Both the position numbers and the translations under genes were made by a program. From IMG/VR virus record IMGVR_UViG_3300044675_001003, positions 1 through 60,044 of that record: a DNA stretch of 60,044 nt. One strand, 5' to 3'. Under the pieces are notes generated by a model. The model did no database searches. It was not told the DNA's origin and saw only the letters and a list, made by a program, of their open reading frames with translations. Positions within the stretch are counted from its first letter, which is position 1. Every line of letters begins with the position of its first letter. The DNA is from a virus. Lineage: Duplodnaviria; Caudoviricetes. Below are positions 55,754 to 60,044 of the stretch, one piece after another.

Positions 55754-56269
55754 ATGACCTTGACGCAAAAAGAAGCCAACCAACTGTTTGAATACAGGGA
55801 TGGTGAGTTGTTTTGGAAACCAAGAATCATGTCCCGTGGTAGGCCAAGTGTCTTAACTGGGCAGAAAATTGGTTGTCCAAACGGCAGTGGTTATTTAACA
55901 ATGGTGCATAACAAGCGCAAGTACTACCTGCACCAGTTGGTTTTTCTTATGCACCACGGGTATATCCCGTCAAACATAGACCACATTGATGGCGTTGGGG
56001 CTAACAACAGAATTGAGAACCTGCGTCAAGCATCTGTTTCTGAAAATATGTACAACACAAAAATAAACACTGTTAATACCAGTGGATTTAAAGGTGTACA
56101 TTTCAATAAACAAAAGAGAAAATGGCAGGCCAAACTTTGGGTGCGTGGAACACAAATAGCACGGGTATTTGAAACAAAAGATTTGGCTATTGAATTTATG
56201 GATTTACTTCGTGAAGTGGCACACGGTCAATTTGCCAATCATGGTCATCATCAAGGAGCATCAGCATGA
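55754..56269 (+). CDS. HNH (+AP2-like) homing endonuclease
   Basis: HQLVFLMHHG...IDHIDG...NNRIENLR...N..NTSGFKGV..KWQA. Confidence 0.85.
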   Translation: MTLTQKEANQLFEYRDGELFWKPRIMSRGRPSVLTGQKIGCPNGSGYLTMVHNKRKYYLHQLVFLMHHGYIPSNIDHIDGVGANNRIENLRQASVSENMYNTKINTVNTSGFKGVHFNKQKRKWQAKLWVRGTQIARVFETKDLAIEFMDLLREVAHGQFANHGHHQGASA

Positions 56270-56583
56270 CTCAATTTACTACGACAATCACCGCAATGTA
56301 CACTTTGCAAACTCCCGATCCAGATTACGTTGTTAACGTACTGTATGAAGTCACTGGCGTAGATGGCACTTACACCGCCTCTATCGGTGGCAATACACAA
56401 TTTAACTCTGCTGACCAAGAGGGTGCAATAACTCCTTATGCTGACCTGACAGAAGCAATCGTCATTGGTTGGATTCCTGAGTCTGCCATTACAAGCGCAC
56501 AGCAGTGTGTGCAGGGACAACTGGATTCTTTAGCGAACCCGCCTGTCAGCCCTGCCAACACACCGCTTCCTTGGTCAGCATAA
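56266..56583 (+). CDS. Tail fibre assembly-like protein
   Basis: PYADLTEA.VIGW...PLPW. Confidence 0.6.
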   Translation: MTQFTTTITAMYTLQTPDPDYVVNVLYEVTGVDGTYTASIGGNTQFNSADQEGAITPYADLTEAIVIGWIPESAITSAQQCVQGQLDSLANPPVSPANTPLPWSA

Positions 56584-56630
56584 CGAGAAGCCACCACTCG
56601 TTCTTGGTGGCGCATTAAAGGAAACACGAT

Positions 56631-56861
56631 ATGGCAAACCAACAATCCCAAATCGTAACTATAGACGGCGTTGAGTTCAAAGTTGAAGACATGACGGAGC
56701 AACAGACCATGTTGCTGAATCACGTTGCAGACCTTGAGCGCAAGATTGGTTCAACTAAATTTCAGATGGATCAGTTAAACGTAGGCAGAGATGCCTTCTT
56801 CACAATGTTAAAGACAGCGTTAGAAGCCAAGCCTGAAGAGGCTGACGTAACCGTTAACTGA
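56631..56861 (+). CDS. Small coiled-coil chaperone-like protein
   Basis: VTIDGVEF..EDMT.QQ...DLERKI. Confidence 0.6.
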   Translation: MANQQSQIVTIDGVEFKVEDMTEQQTMLLNHVADLERKIGSTKFQMDQLNVGRDAFFTMLKTALEAKPEEADVTVN

Positions 56862-56959
56862 CCATGTGGGACTGGGCTGAAGCATTCATTGCGGCGGCCC
56901 TTATTGTGGCCTTTGTCATCTATGGTACGTACGTGATTGCGTGGACTTTGGTGTGATAA

Positions 56960-57112
56960 ATGCGTTGGCTATTGATGCTCTTTTTGGTGTTTCTACCGGG
57001 AGCAGCCAGCCAAGATAGGAAGACTGAATACCGCTGTGTGCGGTGGGCGTGGACGGGTGATGTTTATAACCGCAAAGTTGTTTGCCTACAGTGGGAAAAG
57101 GTTAAAAGATAA
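56960..57112 (+). CDS. Small secreted protein (50 aa)
   Basis: Signal-like N-terminus; EYRCVRWAWTGDVYNRKVVCLQW. Confidence 0.5.
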   Translation: MRWLLMLFLVFLPGAASQDRKTEYRCVRWAWTGDVYNRKVVCLQWEKVKR

Positions 57113-57606
57113 TGTTGGATCCGATCACGGCGCTAGAAGGATTGCAAACTGCAATCAGTGTCGTTAAGAAAGCTAGTAAAGTCGCTAGTGATCTGGCAGG
57201 TCTAACGCCGTCAATAGCCAAGCTTTTTGATGCAAAGAGCACCGCTACCAAGGCCATGCTTCAGGCCAAGCGTACAGGGGGTAAGTCTAACCTTGGCGCG
57301 GCGTTACAAATTGAGATGGCTTTAGATGAAGCCAAGCGGTTTGAAGAACAGTTAAAGATGCTTTTTATGCAAGCTGGTCGCATAGACGTGTGGAATGCAA
57401 CCAAAGCCCGTCAAGCTGAAATGGACAGGGATGATGCCAAAGAGATGGCGGCCTTACACGCTGAAGAAAAAAGGCGCAAAGAGGCTGAAGCCGAACAGAT
57501 GCAATGGGCGGCTGCCATTGTTATTATTGTGATGTTTATTGGTGCTGTTGGTTGGGGTATTAATGAAGTTTCTGATCTGTGTGCCAGATCAAGGTGTGGG
57601 CGGTGA
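57112..57606 (+). CDS. Lysis-module membrane protein
   Basis: MLDPIT...; coiled coil and C-terminal TM. Confidence 0.55.
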   Translation: MLDPITALEGLQTAISVVKKASKVASDLAGLTPSIAKLFDAKSTATKAMLQAKRTGGKSNLGAALQIEMALDEAKRFEEQLKMLFMQAGRIDVWNATKARQAEMDRDDAKEMAALHAEEKRRKEAEAEQMQWAAAIVIIVMFIGAVGWGINEVSDLCARSRCGR

Positions 57607-57752
57607 ATGAGTACCAAAAACAGTTTGACCTTTTCCTTAAAGTTTTTGTCAGGCTGTGCATTGCGTGGTGGGTACTTGGACTGCTCCGGTTTCTGCCAGA
57701 TGAGTTGGCGGGAAAAATTGTCGATAAACTACTTGGAATGATAGGACTGTAA
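57603..57752 (+). CDS. Small membrane protein (49 aa)
   Basis: GTGA/TAATG coupling; hydrophobic. Confidence 0.45.
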   Translation: MNEYQKQFDLFLKVFVRLCIAWWVLGLLRFLPDELAGKIVDKLLGMIGL

Positions 57753-58255
57753 TGCTTTCACTATTCTCAACACTTGGCGGTTTGCTCATATCGGGCTTAC
57801 CCAAACTGCTAGACTTTTTCCAGAACAAGGCTGACCAGAAGCATGAGTTGGCTCTTGCCCGTGTCCAAGTAGAACTACAGCTACAGATGATGGCTCAAGG
57901 CTTTGCGGCCCAAGAGCGCATGGAAGAAATTCGCACCGACCAGATTGCTATGGAAACAGACGCGCAGATGACCGTTGCCGCCTATGACCACGACAAGAAG
58001 ATCATGGAAGAAGCCAGCCGCTGGGTTGTAAACTTTGTGGGCACTGTGCGCCCGATGGTCACCTACATCTTTGTACTGGAACTCTGCGCTATCAATGCTT
58101 GGATCGCCTATTACGTCTACAGCAACCCACGGCTTGTCTTGAGCATGGAAGACCTGATTCGTGTATCTGACATTATCTTCTCTACAGACGAGATGGCTAT
58201 GCTGGGCGGCATCATTGGTTTCTGGTTTGGCTCAAGAAGCTGGAGCAAGAAATGA
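57752..58255 (+). CDS. Holin-like protein (3TM type)
   Basis: QNKADQKHEL...VRPMVTY...IIGFWFGSR; directly before the endolysin. Confidence 0.6.
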   Translation: MLSLFSTLGGLLISGLPKLLDFFQNKADQKHELALARVQVELQLQMMAQGFAAQERMEEIRTDQIAMETDAQMTVAAYDHDKKIMEEASRWVVNFVGTVRPMVTYIFVLELCAINAWIAYYVYSNPRLVLSMEDLIRVSDIIFSTDEMAMLGGIIGFWFGSRSWSKK

Positions 58256-58758
58256 AATTAGGCAAAGCTGGCGCTGATTTGATGCACCAGTGGGAGGGGT
58301 ATCGCACTAAGCCGTACCTCTGCCCAGCCCATATTTGGACAATTGGCTACGGCCATGTGTTGTACCAAGAGCAAATTAGATTACCAGTGGTGCGCGTAGA
58401 GGGCAAAGAAACGCCCATGATCCGCAAAGAGATGCCACTGAAACCGGAGGACAACCGTGTCTGGACTAAAGAAGAGATCTATAAATTATTCAACGATGAC
58501 GTCGCTAGTTTTGAACGTGGTGTTCTTAGACTTGCTCCCCCTGTTGCTAGTCGTCAAGGCGCTTTCGACGCGTGCGTCAGCTTTTCCTTCAATGCCGGAT
58601 TGGGTGGGTTTCAGCGCTCTTCTATTCGGATGAAGATCAACCGTGGTGACTGGGAAGGCGCAGCCAATGCCCTCTTGCTGTATTGCATGGGTGGTGGCAA
58701 AATACTAGCAGGGCTAAAAAAGCGCAGGGACGCTGAAAAAGCACTGTTTCTATCTTAG
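58252..58758 (+). CDS. Endolysin, GH24 lysozyme
   Basis: EG.R..PYLCPA..WTIGYGH...FDACVSFSFNAG...GLKKRRDAE. Confidence 0.9.
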   Translation: MKLGKAGADLMHQWEGYRTKPYLCPAHIWTIGYGHVLYQEQIRLPVVRVEGKETPMIRKEMPLKPEDNRVWTKEEIYKLFNDDVASFERGVLRLAPPVASRQGAFDACVSFSFNAGLGGFQRSSIRMKINRGDWEGAANALLLYCMGGGKILAGLKKRRDAEKALFLS

Positions 58759-58766
58759 GACTGCCA

Positions 58767-60044
58767 ATGCCTCTTAAAAAACTAACCCTGAAAGCTGGTG
58801 TAAACAAAGAAAACACCCGCTATACCGCTGAGAACGGATGGTATGTATCCGACAAGATGCGGTTTCGTCAGGGTACGCCTGAGAAAATTGGCGGTTGGGT
58901 TCGTATTTCTTCGTCTATCTTTCAAGGCGTGTGCCGTTCTTTATGGAACTGGGTCACATTAACATCGTTAAATTTAATTGGTGTGGGCACTAATCTAAAG
59001 TTCTACATTGAACAAGGCGGTGCGTATAACGACATCACGCCCATCCGCGCATATTCTACGATCAATAACAACCCGTTTGCCCTAACTGCCTCTACCACTG
59101 TTACAGTGACTGATACGGCTCATGGATGCTACACGGGCGACTTTGTTACTTTTAGCGGGGCTACAGATATTGGCGGTGGTGGGACTAACGTCACGGCAGC
59201 CGTCTTAAACCGAAACTTCCAAGTTACGGTTATTGACGCAAACACGTACACAATCGTTATATCTGTAACCCCAAACGCCACGGCTATTTCGGCTTCTCCC
59301 GGAGGCGGGAGTGGTGTCATAGCGGCTTATGAAATTCATACTGGCCCTGCGTATGCGGTGGCTTTGACAGGCTGGGGCGGTGGTGCTTGGGGTGCTGGAA
59401 CATGGGGCGTTGGAGTCACAACAGTTAATGCTATCCAGTTGTGGAGCCAGAATAACTTTGGTGAAGATCTAATCTACGCTCCAAGAGGTGGTGGTATTTA
59501 CTACTGGTCTGCTCAGATTGGTGTTACGCCTCTGGTGTTTACAGTAACTATTGCTACTCCTGCTGTGTTAACTGTAGCTTTGAGGAACGGCACAGCGGTC
59601 GTGTTAAACACAACAGGCGCTTTGCCAACTGGTTTGTCTGTAGGCACGGTCTACTACGTAGTGGGAAGCTCTGGCACAACTTGTAATCTATCGGCTACTT
59701 TTGGCGGTGCGGCTATTAACACCAGCGGTTCTCAGTCGGGGACTCAAACAATCTCCGCCAGAGGCATTGATATTACCCAATTAGGTGGAGCATCAGACTG
59801 CCCGACCGTTCAAAATTTAATTTTTGTTGCTGATGTAAGCCGGTTTGTGTTTGCGTTTGGCTGTAACGATTACGGCAGTACGGTTCAAGATCCTATGTTA
59901 CTTCGTTGGTCTGACCAAGAATCAGTGACAAACTGGACACCATCGGCCACAAACCAAGCGGGCAGTATCCGACTGTCCCACGGCTCTGAGATCGTTACTT
60001 GCGTACAGACCCGTCAAGAGATTGTGGTTTGGACTGACTCGTCT
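58767..60044 (+). CDS. 5' part of tail nozzle/stabilization protein (continues at 1-950)
   Basis: MPLKKL...RFRQGTPEKIGGW; open to the end of the window and in frame with the overlap. Confidence 0.75.
   Translation, partial: MPLKKLTLKAGVNKENTRYTAENGWYVSDKMRFRQGTPEKIGGWVRISSSIFQGVCRSLWNWVTLTSLNLIGVGTNLKFYIEQGGAYNDITPIRAYSTINNNPFALTASTTVTVTDTAHGCYTGDFVTFSGATDIGGGGTNVTAAVLNRNFQVTVIDANTYTIVISVTPNATAISASPGGGSGVIAAYEIHTGPAYAVALTGWGGGAWGAGTWGVGVTTVNAIQLWSQNNFGEDLIYAPRGGGIYYWSAQIGVTPLVFTVTIATPAVLTVALRNGTAVVLNTTGALPTGLSVGTVYYVVGSSGTTCNLSATFGGAAINTSGSQSGTQTISARGIDITQLGGASDCPTVQNLIFVADVSRFVFAFGCNDYGSTVQDPMLLRWSDQESVTNWTPSATNQAGSIRLSHGSEIVTCVQTRQEIVVWTDSS
59935..60040. repeat. Terminal direct repeat / circular overlap (copy 2)
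   Basis: Identical to 1-106. Confidence 0.95.

Overview
The window is an essentially complete ~59.9 kb tailed dsDNA phage genome. Bases 1-106 repeat exactly at 59935-60040, inside one gene, so the contig closes into a circle. The architecture is podovirus-like. The + strand late region carries terminases, a P22-type portal, a GroES-like co-chaperonin, scaffold, a Mu gpT-like major capsid, tail adaptor/nozzle, tail fibre and lysis genes. It ends in ejection proteins, the last being a 3692-aa polyvalent protein with three ADP-ribosyltransferase-like domains, an L,D-transpeptidase, a zincin and LPD38. There is also a - strand recombination block (ERF, PD-(D/E)XK exonuclease), a + strand ParB/helicase/primase block and a GC-rich - strand early block. 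I found no integrase, DNA polymerase, tRNA or canonical CRISPR array. A freshwater betaproteobacterial host is only my impression from the gene families. The standout feature is at 22985-24608 (- strand): a sigma70 promoter, then an array of four GG(T/C/A)-NN pentamer tracts each followed by a conserved, co-varying hairpin, then a RAMP/Cas7-like gene and an accessory gene. This looks like a candidate RNA-guided system and matches my recollection of VIPR systems. Also notable are a cluster of small structured RNAs at 25.1-25.9 kb (one is complementary to a leader shared by the leftward genes), a dispersed 15-21 bp palindrome, and CAGCTG enrichment in the early region. All family calls are from motif recognition by eye; no searches were run.
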